Position numbers and translations under genes: made by a program. Positions 19,567-29,049 of a stretch of DNA of 32,000 bases are shown here, piece after piece (positions within the stretch are counted from its first letter, which is position 1; every line of letters starts with the position of its first letter). The stretch comes from Calothrix sp. PCC 7716 (GTDB lineage Bacteria > Cyanobacteriota > Cyanobacteriia > Cyanobacteriales > Nostocaceae). The stretch spans positions 4,746,580 through 4,778,579 of the forward strand of contig AP025018.1 in assembly GCA_019977735.1 (NCBI GenBank), read 5' to 3'. The notes beneath the pieces were generated by a model, which was not told the DNA's origin, searched no databases, and saw only the letters and a program-made list of their open reading frames with translations.

Positions 19567-20796
19567 TTACATAAGTTTGGCGCCAGTGCTTATATTGCAA
19601 GAAGTGCGATGCAGTTGCACAACTGGTTTAAAGATTTAAATCCGCGATTACAACGATTGATTCGTTCAAACGTTCAAGACTGGAAGGTTTCAGCATTACG
19701 CCATCTGAAGCACTTAACTGATGATGTAATTGAAGCCGCAGTTACTACAGGAAGGAAAACAGCATCGCAACTCAAACAACTGTCTGGTAAAGTTCATCAA
19801 AAAATGGCGCCATCTGAAGTTACTTCGGGCGATAACAACTTGAGTTTTCAGAACAAGGCATCAGAAGAATCAGAGGAATTTGATCTACCAGAAATTGTTT
19901 CTACACCAGAGTTGGCGCTAAATAGTGTAACTCCTACTCCTACACTCCTGTTGACGCGAGGAGTGCGGATAGTTGTGCAAAATGAATCAACTGGCTGGAA
20001 TGGCGCCAGTGGAATAATTACGACTGTTGGCAATAATGATGATTTTTGGGTTTTATTAGACCACACCATAGCTCAAGGGATGGTAACGAAACATTTACTC
20101 AAATCTCACCAATTAAGATTGGAATCTAAAATATCTACTCCCACAGCTTCAGCACAAGTGTTGACCACTGTTGATATTGACAAAATTAAGGCAGAAACTA
20201 TCAGACAGTATCTGCTAGAACATGCAGAAGAACAACAGGGAAAATATTTAGAAATTAAAGGTGCCGCTCTTGTTGCTGCCGAGAAAGAAATTGCATCGTT
20301 TGAAAAACATGCTCAATGTATGACCGATAAAGTGTCTAAGCTAGTTGAGCAGTTGGAGGCATCTGAGCAAGAAATCGCGCGTTTACACTCTTTGCACGCA
20401 GAAAATCAACAGTTACAGCAACGAGTCACAGAATTAGAAAATGCGCTCCTAAAAGCATCAGAAGACAGTTGGGGTAACACTTTCAATACTCAAGCTGCCA
20501 AAGTTATGAACTCGGAAATTGAGAAAAAAGTGGCACCGCTAATGTCTGAGGTTGAACGATTACAGAACTTGGTACAGAAAAAAGATGCCCAATTAGCTCA
20601 AATGCAGCAAATTCCGGCGCCTGATAGTGAAGAAGTGATTTCCGAGTTTGGAGAAATTGGCGAGCAGTTAGGTTGGCATGGCTGGCGCCGTTCTGGGTAC
20701 AGAGACAAAAACGGTACGCTGCATAAAGGCATCAACGCAATTAGCGCATTTGTATCTGATTTAGCGCGGGAGTATCACCAGGAAACGGCATTTTAA
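19507..20796 (+). pseudogene. 3' fragment of the interrupted gene (coiled-coil protein); host-derived part is 19574-20796
   Basis: FGASAYIARSAMQLHNWFKDLNPRLQRLIRSNVQDWKVSALRHLKHLTDD...; first ~23 codons of the track ORF are encoded by the element end. Joined to 12642-12867 it gives an open 1,449-nt frame. Confidence 0.85.
19574..19580 (+). repeat. Right junction direct repeat AGTTTGG (candidate attR core)
   Basis: Matches 12868-12874; followed immediately by CGCC, completing GGCGCC. Confidence 0.8.
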
Positions 20797-21183
20797 ATTA
20801 ACGAATTCATTAACATATACTGTGCGTATCGTTTTTTCTGTAAAACGATTGGTTGATGTCATTGCGTTTACTCTGCCATAACTGTAATTGTGCTTCTCGT
20901 AAAACAACTGTTGGAGATTTAGCTTGCAAAATCCACGAACTTCCCTCGTTTAATACTTCAACCATTTGTACTATTCAACTTAATTAAGCCTTGGTTACAA
21001 GTTTTTAATATTTCTAAGTTATCCGAGGGCTTTTTTAAACTTCAAATGCTTGTAAATAATTTAACTCGTTCAATCTTTCAAAACCTCAATATCCCTTATT
21101 TATATTTTTCCTCTGCCTAGAGTGACAAAAGAGGGATAAGCTTGCAGGGTCAAAATAAAGTGAAAGTCTGCCGTTGCTGTGTT

Positions 21184-22890
21184 TTAGTTATACAAATTAA
21201 CTAAATTGTATATTGCGTGGAGTAAATTATCTGGTTCAACAGGTTTAGGTATGTGCGTTTGAAAACCCATTTCTAACGCCCGTTGTCTGTCATATTCACT
21301 AGCGTAAGCAGTTATTGCAATCGCGGGAATTTGTCCGCCTTGTTTGGCTGGTAATGACCGAATTTGACGAATCAGTTCATATCCATCTTCTTCTGGCATT
21401 CCAATGTCACTTACTACTATGTCTGGCGGGTGTGCAACCAGAGATGAAAATGCATCCGGCACTGAGGTTGCAGAATACACAGAAGCTCCATGTTCTTCCA
21501 AGATATAAATTATTATATTAAGGTTATCGGCTTGATCATCTACCACAAGTACCCGCACGCCGTTTAAATCGAGGTTATTATTATCCTGTCTACTATTTTG
21601 GGTTTTTGCCAAAGTCGGTATGAGTGGTAATCTAATAGTAAAAGTCGCTCCTTGTCCTTCACCAGCACTCTCTGCCTCAATTGTACCACCATGTAGTTCA
21701 ACTAAACGGCGGACAATAGCCAAGCCTAAGCCTAACCCACCAGTACTTCTAGTTGTGCTGCTGTTTTCTTGACAAAAGTAATCAAATATATAAGGTAAGA
21801 AGTTACAATTTATACCTTTGCCTGTATCGCTAACTTGAATTTGAGCATAGCCTTCAACTCTTTCGAGCTTAATTGTTACCTGTCCATGATTTTGTGTAAA
21901 TTTAATGCTATTAGTAAGTAAATTCCAAATCACTTGCTGTAAACGGTTGGGATCACCTAAGCATGATTCGATATTAGTGTCAAAAACAGTATTAATTTCA
22001 ATTGACTTAGCTTGAGCGGCAAGACCTACAGTGTCAATAGCTGCAGTGATTATTGTTTTCAAATCGACTACAACAGGTTGCAATCTAATCTTACCGCGCA
22101 AAATTCGCGAAATATCCAGCAAGTCATCTATAAGTTGCGCCTGTAAAGAAGCATTACGTTCAATAGTTTCTAAAGCTTTCTGTATTACACTTTGATCAAG
22201 TTTACGACTACGTAAAATTTTCGCCCAGCCCAAAATAGGATTAAGGGGTGTTCGTAATTCATGGGACACAATAGCCAGAAATTCATTCTTAAGACGGTTG
22301 GCTGTTTGTGCTTCTTCTAAGAGTTGTTTGAGCCGTTCATTTTCTGCATGTTTACGTACAGTGATATCTCTGAGTGAAACTAGATAGGCGGGTTCTCCTT
22401 GCCATTGGATTTGGGCTACTCGCATTTGCGCGATTACTATTTCTCCAGCACGGTTACAAACATCCACTTCTACATCATTACCATTAATCAAGGGAAAGCC
22501 AAATAACTGACCTAAAAGTTCTTCTTCTTGGCGCCCAAATAAGATCGTCCCTGCCGGATTCAAAAAGCGGATAATTCCCTGCTGGTTAACTACTACCATG
22601 CCATCAACATTGTTGGCAATTAAATTTTGTAACTGTGCTTGAGTTTGCAAAAGTGCTGCTTCTGTCTGGCTTTTACGAGCAATTTCCTGTTGTAATTGCC
22701 GATTACTTTCGATTAATTCTGTTGTTTGCTTAAGAAGCTGTTCCTCGCGGTTAGTACCTAAATCAGAATCGATTTTCTGTTGCTGTAGCGACTCAACGGA
22801 TAATTTTTCTAATCTTATTGCTTGCTTAATCGCTTCTGGCAGTTGTGTTTTTTGTTTTGGAAGCAAGTAATCAGTTGCTCCTGCTTTCAT
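21184..22890 (-). pseudogene. Hybrid histidine kinase (partial REC-PAS-HisKA-HATPase-REC) with its N-terminal receiver truncated
   Basis: Starts MKAGATDYLLPKQKTQLPEAIKQAIR (end of a receiver domain, no phosphoacceptor Asp); PAS; IVSHELRTPLNPILGWAKIL; NLLTNSIKF; C-terminal REC RVLVVDDQADNL...DIVVSDIGMPEEDG...KPVEPDNL. May still be expressed. Confidence 0.8.
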
Positions 22891-24361
22891 ACAGTTTACG
22901 GCAGGTTGCTAAACCCATTCCCGTACCTTCGTACTGACTATTACTATGCAACCGAAAGAACGGTGTAAAAATTTGCTCCTGGTTTTCTTCGTCAAAACCA
23001 ATGCCATTATCTTCCACAGTAATTTCATATTGCAAATCTTTATATAGGCTTTGGTAAATTTTTATAATGGGTGCTGCTTCCAATTTATGAAATTTTAGGG
23101 CATTGGAAATCAAGTTCTGAAATAGCTGACGTATTTGAGAACAATCGCATTCAATTATCGGTAGTTCTCCAACATGAATACATGCCTGGTTTTCCTTAAT
23201 TTCTACTTCTAAATCTGACAAAACTTCTTGTAAAACTGTATTTAAATTAACTGAAACAAACGACTGCGCTTGAGTTGTCACTCGTGAGTAGGTGAGTAAA
23301 CTTTTAATTAAGCTTCGCATCCGCATCCCAACGTTTTGCATCCTTTCTAAGTATCCGCGTCCTTTAACGTCAAGTAGTAAACCATACTCCTGTTCTAATT
23401 GCTTACTAAGCATTTCGATTTTATGTAAAGGTGCGATTAAGTCGTGAGAAACAACATGGGCAAATTCCTCTAAATCGTTATTGCTACGTTCCAGTTCTTT
23501 AACAAGTTTCTGCAACTTTACTTCTGTTTGCTTACGCTGATCAATATCTTGAATCTGGGAAATAAAGTAAAGTGGTTTCCCATTACGATTGCGTACTAAG
23601 GAAACACTTAACAAAATCCAGACGCTGTGTCCCTGTTTATGGAAATAGCGCTTTTCCATTTGGTAAGTGCGAATTTTTCCTGCTAACAATTGACGCACGT
23701 AATCCAAGTCAGTGTTCAAATCATCAGGATGGGTAATATCTTGAAAGGTAATTTGTAATAATTCCGCTTCCGAATAGCCAATAATTTCACATAAAGAACG
23801 ATTGACTTTCAACCACTTTCCATCTGGTGAGACTAATGCCTTACCTATTGCTGCATCATGAAAAGCAAGGCTAAATACTTCTTCATTTTGGCTAACTTCT
23901 TCTTCTAGTTTCTTTTGTTTGGTAATATCTCTACCTTCGGCGATAAGTAATACTACCTGTCCTGCTTCGTTTTTTACAGGGCGTAGAGAAAAATCCATTG
24001 TAGTAGTGTACGACCCTTTCCCTAACACATCTACCTCATACCGAACGAGTTTTCCTTGAGCTGCGGTAGCAATTGCAACTTTTAGCTGTTGTTGAGTTTG
24101 AGGTGAAATTGTCCACCATCTTGCTTCCCAAAACGGTTTTTGGATAACATTTGAGTGAGCTATATCACCAAGAGATAACGCAGTTTGGTTAGCATCTAGA
24201 AGCATACCATTGGGTTTAACTAGCACAACAAACTGAAAACTCTGCTCAAAAATGGTACGAAATTGCCTTTCAATTTCGATAATAGTTTGAGAAAATTCTT
24301 GCTCCATAGAAATATTTTTTATGTTTTTATCATTATTGAGAAATTTCGCGTCATTACTCAT
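22871..24361 (-). pseudogene. PAS-PAS histidine kinase truncated within the ATPase domain
   Basis: HVVSHDLIAPLHKIEML (H box), NLISNALKFH (N box), DNGIGFDE, GTGMGLATCRK then abrupt YESRSN*; missing the residues normally following the G2 box. Confidence 0.8.
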
Positions 24362-24598
24362 TTTACCTGGCTAAAATGTCAAAAAATTGACGTGACAACC
24401 CCTTTTGGTTCTTTACAGGTAGCAGTTGAACCCAAAGCACCCGAAAATAACACAACTACCAATCATACAACATTTGAACTAGTTGAGGCAGCTATTTCGG
24501 AAGTTAGTTCTTTAAAAGCTCAAATACTTGCTAACTTAAAGTAAAAATAATTACTGCTACACTGCTGAAAGTGAGACTTAGAGTGCCACAATTAAAAA

Positions 24599-24632
24599 CA
24601 AGTCGCAAGTCGCAAGTCGCAAGTCGCAAGTA
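24599..24632 (+). repeat. Heptanucleotide tandem repeat (AAGTCGC)n, ~4.7 copies
   Basis: caagtcgcaagtcgcaagtcgcaagtcgcaagt read directly. Confidence 0.9.
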
Positions 24633-24741
24633 CGGTTTTGCAATGGGGATTTTGACCCCAACGCAAAACCAGGCAACCCTAGGGGATGGGGAATTAAACC
24701 CCTAAACAAAGTTAAAAAAATATCCATTTTTAATCTCCTAG

Positions 24742-24997
24742 GATAGGCGTCTCGCCATTGGTGTCAAGTTAAGGTTGGCGCCCATACGTCAACGATAGGT
24801 TTTGTAATTAACGAAGTATAAAGATGAACTTTTTTCTTTGTTTTATACCTAAATTGGGAGCGATGCAGATAAACAAAGCATTAATACCCCCTGAAAAAGT
24901 TTATTTTTTGTTCCTTCAAAATCAAACTTTTAAGCATAAATACTTATTGACGTAGTAAGTTTTAGCTTAACTTGACGCTAATGGCGTCTCGCCTGTC
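24742..24997. mobile_element. MITE-like ~256 bp segment with ~51-bp imperfect inverted repeats
   Basis: Left arm 24742-24792 (GATAGGCGTCTCGCCATTGGTGTCAAGTTAAG...ACGTCAA) versus reverse complement of 24946-24997 (GACAGGCGAGACGCCATTAGCGTCAAGTTAAG...ACGTCAA). No ORF inside. Confidence 0.65.
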
Positions 24998-25461
24998 CGA
25001 GCTAATCTGGGGGGTGACGAAAACCTCTGAACCTAGGATACAGCAATGGTTTTAAGCGCGCGTGCCATAAAAAGATAAACACCATTTTCGAGCTTTATTG
25101 ATTCTATTATCAATACGCTTCGTACAAAAGCCTTATTTTTCGTTGGACTTGGTTCTAAATTTACTTTTATCTTTTTAGCGGTCACTCTTATATAACACCT
25201 GCTGCATAAGGCTTGGAAGCTAGATTGTCACCTCTTCAGGGCTAAACCCTAAGAAAGGCAGAAAATATCAAACACAAATAAGCTAGTTTATACTATAACT
25301 GATACACTGTGGGTACTAAAAGCTGAATAACCATTTCTTACAGGCTCAATGCCAATTACAGTAAAAATTTCTCCCCTCTACTAAACTTGAGGAGAGAACA
25401 GGTACATCTTTGCACTACTAAATTTTCTTGACATAAATTATACCACCAATACAGGTAAAAA

Positions 25462-25500
25462 AAACCCTTTTTTCAAACATGCTGAGAAAAAGGGTTACTG
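25462..25500 (+). terminator. Stem-loop, possible terminator
   Basis: AACCCTTTTTTC...GAAAAAGGGTT inverted repeat flanking a short loop. Confidence 0.4.
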
Positions 25501-25658
25501 TTGTCTATTTATACATAACCAAATTCAAATTATAAAGCTAAGAGAGAAAATCCCTCTCACCCTTTAGCAAGAGGGGTTGTATGAGGGTAATGTTGGAATT
25601 TGTCATCTACCAAGCAAATTATAACCGCTCAACTCTTAGTATTAATGACTGCTGCAAC

Positions 25659-25758
25659 GGGAGCATCCACTTTTGGAAGAAACATAAATTATATGGCGCC
25701 GGAGACCTTACTATATGGTTGGTCTAAAAAAGTGTATCTGCCGAAAGTGGATGCTCCC
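25659..25758. repeat. Inverted repeat GGGAGCATCCACTTT(T)GG ... CC(G)AAAGTGGATGCTCCC enclosing ~70 bp
   Basis: 15-bp perfect arms at 25659-25673 and 25744-25758, 17/18 when extended inward. Confidence 0.7.
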
Positions 25759-26305
25759 ATCACTACGAAATAAATTGGGCAATATCAATGTCTGCCAATC
25801 TCAAAATGGGCATTTCAAAAAACACTTTCAAAACTCTTGTACTGGTATGCTTCACTTGTTTGGACTCTGGCGGTTGAATAATTACTCTATCAGAAAAACC
25901 CCCAAATTGCTCTAGGGTCTGTGAGGGTGAAGTTTTTTAACCAAGCAACCCTTTTTAATTTTGATTGCTTGGTTACACAGGGTAATATCCACTAACTTGT
26001 ATTATAATAGTCCTAGATAAAGTTACCGTAGCGGACTAAAGGAATACATCAGCATAACATAGGCAATTCTTTCAATCTAGTAATTTTTTACCACTTTTAC
26101 TCCTAGTAGCTTTTTACCTCGCCAGATTAAGATTGGAAGTTTTATCCTCCGATTTGGCTTATATTCACATATTCTTCATCTTCTCTATAGAGAATAGTCA
26201 ATTCTCACCATAATTTAACCTTTCTCATCGGGTATCCTAAGTTTAAGAAATGTTGCTCGCCTTTGCAACCCTTCTTGCTTCTCGATATGTTGACGGACAA
26301 ATGGA

Positions 26306-28474
26306 ATGTTAAACACGCTACTCATCGCCTCCAACAGCGTGATCTCGCTGTGCTATTTTATCATTGCTTTTTTAATTTTGCTTCCATACCTGCGGGGGGA
26401 GCAAAAAACAAGTCTTGTGCTAGCCACCATTTGTGTCTTTTTTAGTTGCGCCCTTGGACACGGCGGGCATGTCTTGATGATGGCACTCTCTAATAGTGCT
26501 TATTCTCCACTAATACTAAAGGGACAGCTCATCGTTGACTCTATGACGGCTTGCATTGCTATCACCTATATTGCCCTGCGACGGTATTTTTCTTTTTTAG
26601 TTGATGGGCCACTGCTGTTGAACCAAACACAAGAAAGATTGGAAAAAGCTAATTTGGAATTGCAGAACTTGAATACCAAACTCGAAGCGGCGGTTTTGCA
26701 AAGAACCCTTGAACTATCCAAAGCCAACGAAGAGTTAGCAGCTAAAGCGGCGGAGCGCAAAGACATGATCGCGGCACTTAAACGCAGCAACGCTTTTTTG
26801 CAAGCCCAGCAGGAAGCAGGTGTCGATGGCATATTAGTGGTCGATGAAAATAATCAAGTGGTCTTTTACAACCAAAAGTTTTATCAAACTTGGCAAATCC
26901 CTGAAGAACTTGTACAGCAGAGGGATGACCGTAAAATTCTGGAACTGGTGATTACTCGACCTCTCAACGGGCAAGAGTTTATCGAGAAAGTAGATTATCT
27001 ATATAGACATAAAGAAATGGTCAGCAGGGACGAAATTATCCTTAAAGATGGACGCACTTTAGATCGCTACACCACCCCTATTTATTCGGGAAACATTTAC
27101 TACGGACGAATTTGGTTTTTTCGCGACATCAGTGAATTTAAAATTATGGAGGAGGAGCTAAGACAGGCGCAAGATTTTCTGAAACTGATTATCAACCTCA
27201 TGCCTCAAGCGCTGGCGTGGAAAGATCGAAATTCAGTTTATTTAGGTTGTAATCAAAAGTTAGCGGCCATTGCCGGATTAACTAAACCTGAAGAAATTAT
27301 TGGTAAAACTGACTACGATTTGGCTTGGAAAAAGGAGGAGGCTGATTTCTTTCGCCAGTGCGATAGACAAGTTATGGACAGCAATCAAGCTAAGTTGCAT
27401 ATAATAGAGTCTAAACAACAAGCGGGCGGCAAACAAGCGTGGCTCGATACTAGTAAAATTCCCTTGCACGATAAGATAGGACAAGTTATCGGTATTTTAG
27501 CAGTCATTGATGATATTACTGAGCGTAAGGCCGCTTCCGACGCGCTAATTGCTTCCGAGGCTTTATTGAAACAGAAAACAGTGGAACTAGAAGCAACTTT
27601 ATCGGAATTGAAGCAAGCTCAAATTCATTTAATTCAAAGCGAGAAGATGTTGGCACTGGGACAACTGGTCGCCGGAATTGCTCACGAGATTAATAATCCA
27701 GTTAATTTTATTTATGGCAATCTGCCTCATATTAATGAATATGTGCAGGATTTAATTAATTTATTACAAGCTTATCAGCAAGAGCATTTAAACCCGTCTC
27801 AGAACTTACTTTTGCAAGTAGCAGAAGTGGACTGCGAGTATTTACTAGAGGATTTACCCAAGCTCCTAAGTTCCATGAAAATGGGAGCAGATCGAATTCG
27901 AGAAATTGTTTTGTCGCTGCGTAACTTTTCCCGTCTTGATGAAGCAGACATGAAAGAAGTCGATATTCACGAGGGACTAGATTCGACGCTGTTGATTATT
28001 CAAAATAGATTGAAAAATAAGCTAGGGACTAAAATTAAAGTTCTGAAAAACTATAGTAATTTACCACCCGTAGAGTGCTATGCGGGGCAGTTAAATCAAG
28101 TGTTTATGAACGTGCTTTGTAACGCCATTGACGCTTTAGAAAGCGAAATTGACAACGCTAGTCCTACTATTGAAATCAGTACCTATTTACAAGAGGAATT
28201 ACAAGCAGCAGACAAGCAGGCAGAAAATAAACCACCACAAAAGAAACGAGTAATTATCACCATTACCGATAATGGTGCTGGTATTGCCGAAGATACCCAA
28301 GCTCAGATTTTCAACCCCTTCTTTACCACTAAAGAGGTAGGTAAGGGTACAGGTCTTGGACTCTCTATTAGTTATCAAATCGTGGTGAAGAAACACAAAG
28401 GTGTTTTTACCTTTAGCTCTAAACCGGGAAGGACTGAATTTTATATTGAAATACCGCTAGTACAAATGAAATAG
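26306..28474 (+). CDS. Membrane-anchored PAS-PAS histidine kinase
   Basis: 722-aa ORF; N-terminal TM segments, coiled coil, two PAS-like domains (DGILVVDENNQVVFYN; LGCNQKLAAIAG), LVAGIAHEINNPVNFIYGNL (H box), NVLCNAIDAL (N), DNGAGIAE, GKGTGLGLSISYQIV. The start codon may be further downstream of the track start. Confidence 0.88.
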   Translation: MLNTLLIASNSVISLCYFIIAFLILLPYLRGEQKTSLVLATICVFFSCALGHGGHVLMMALSNSAYSPLILKGQLIVDSMTACIAITYIALRRYFSFLVDGPLLLNQTQERLEKANLELQNLNTKLEAAVLQRTLELSKANEELAAKAAERKDMIAALKRSNAFLQAQQEAGVDGILVVDENNQVVFYNQKFYQTWQIPEELVQQRDDRKILELVITRPLNGQEFIEKVDYLYRHKEMVSRDEIILKDGRTLDRYTTPIYSGNIYYGRIWFFRDISEFKIMEEELRQAQDFLKLIINLMPQALAWKDRNSVYLGCNQKLAAIAGLTKPEEIIGKTDYDLAWKKEEADFFRQCDRQVMDSNQAKLHIIESKQQAGGKQAWLDTSKIPLHDKIGQVIGILAVIDDITERKAASDALIASEALLKQKTVELEATLSELKQAQIHLIQSEKMLALGQLVAGIAHEINNPVNFIYGNLPHINEYVQDLINLLQAYQQEHLNPSQNLLLQVAEVDCEYLLEDLPKLLSSMKMGADRIREIVLSLRNFSRLDEADMKEVDIHEGLDSTLLIIQNRLKNKLGTKIKVLKNYSNLPPVECYAGQLNQVFMNVLCNAIDALESEIDNASPTIEISTYLQEELQAADKQAENKPPQKKRVIITITDNGAGIAEDTQAQIFNPFFTTKEVGKGTGLGLSISYQIVVKKHKGVFTFSSKPGRTEFYIEIPLVQMK

Positions 28475-28640
28475 AAAAGTTTTTTAAAATTGTTGTATAA
28501 AAATGGTTCTTTCGTACATAGCGTGCTAAATTTTAATTAAAATCTATCAATTATGCTTTATTTACAAGGCTTACAGGCACTTATATTTTCAATTTAAGCA
28601 AGGAATACTGTCAATACTGCTCGGTTAAGAATTTTCCTTA

Positions 28641-28883
28641 TTGTTTTTGGGATGTAGAGACGCGTTCACGGAGTACGCATTGATTTCTAAAATTAGAAAC
28701 TATTCTGATGGCATAATTTGCAAAATGCCTGCGATTGCTTTGACTGCGCTTGCTGATAATGACTCAAGAGATTTAGCAATAGACCAAGGATTTGATACTA
28801 TTGTCTTTAAGCCATGTGATTTTGATTTACTAATTGAAACTGTCAAGATAATTATTATAAATTACAACCTGCCACGTATTTAG
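28641..28883 (+). pseudogene. C-terminal remnant of a response-regulator receiver domain
   Basis: PAIALTALADNDSRDLAIDQGFDTIVFKPCDFDLLIETVKII matches the beta4-alpha5 half of a receiver (ALTA..., conserved K-P); no Asp-bearing N-terminal half. Confidence 0.65.
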
Positions 28884-29049
28884 TTAGTCGTGACTCACTC
28901 CCGAAAAGGTGTGGTGCCATGATAACTCAACAAGTTTAAGCGTTTATGGCGCCGCAGTTCCAAAGATGTTTAACTATTTAATTAATTCTCCCTCGTGAGT
29001 TATGTAATTACTTTTCGTCTTAATTCTTGGTATACTTCTATATCTTTCC

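Larger units (their letters stand above)
12868..19573 (+). mobile_element. ~6.7 kb gene-interrupting element encoding three tyrosine recombinases, a TnpC/DUF6262-like protein and a DnaB-type helicase
   Basis: Host gene halves on either side, AGTTTGG at both junctions, five co-oriented overlapping genes inside, and only one GGCGCC palindrome inside versus frequent outside. Confidence 0.85.

Noticed and set aside
19507-19575. Start codon of the 429-aa track ORF as the true start
   Set aside because: Its first ~23 codons (MYKVLTTINALCCKRCIRCVLHK) are element-end DNA; homology-like continuity with the 12642 ORF shows the true N-terminus is upstream of the element.
13327-20069. Minus- and alternate-frame ORFs inside the recombinase/DnaB cassette and the split gene (13327, 16669, 18611, 19848)
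   Set aside because: Fully embedded in confidently recognised coding sequences on the other strand.
22871-22890. Simple frameshift or sequencing error splitting one kinase at 22.88 kb
   Set aside because: The sequence jumps from an ATPase G2 box to the last third of a receiver domain, so considerable sequence is missing; a 1-2 nt indel cannot explain it.
24599-24632. CRISPR array
   Set aside because: Repeat unit is 7 bp in uninterrupted tandem with no spacers; no cas genes seen in the window.
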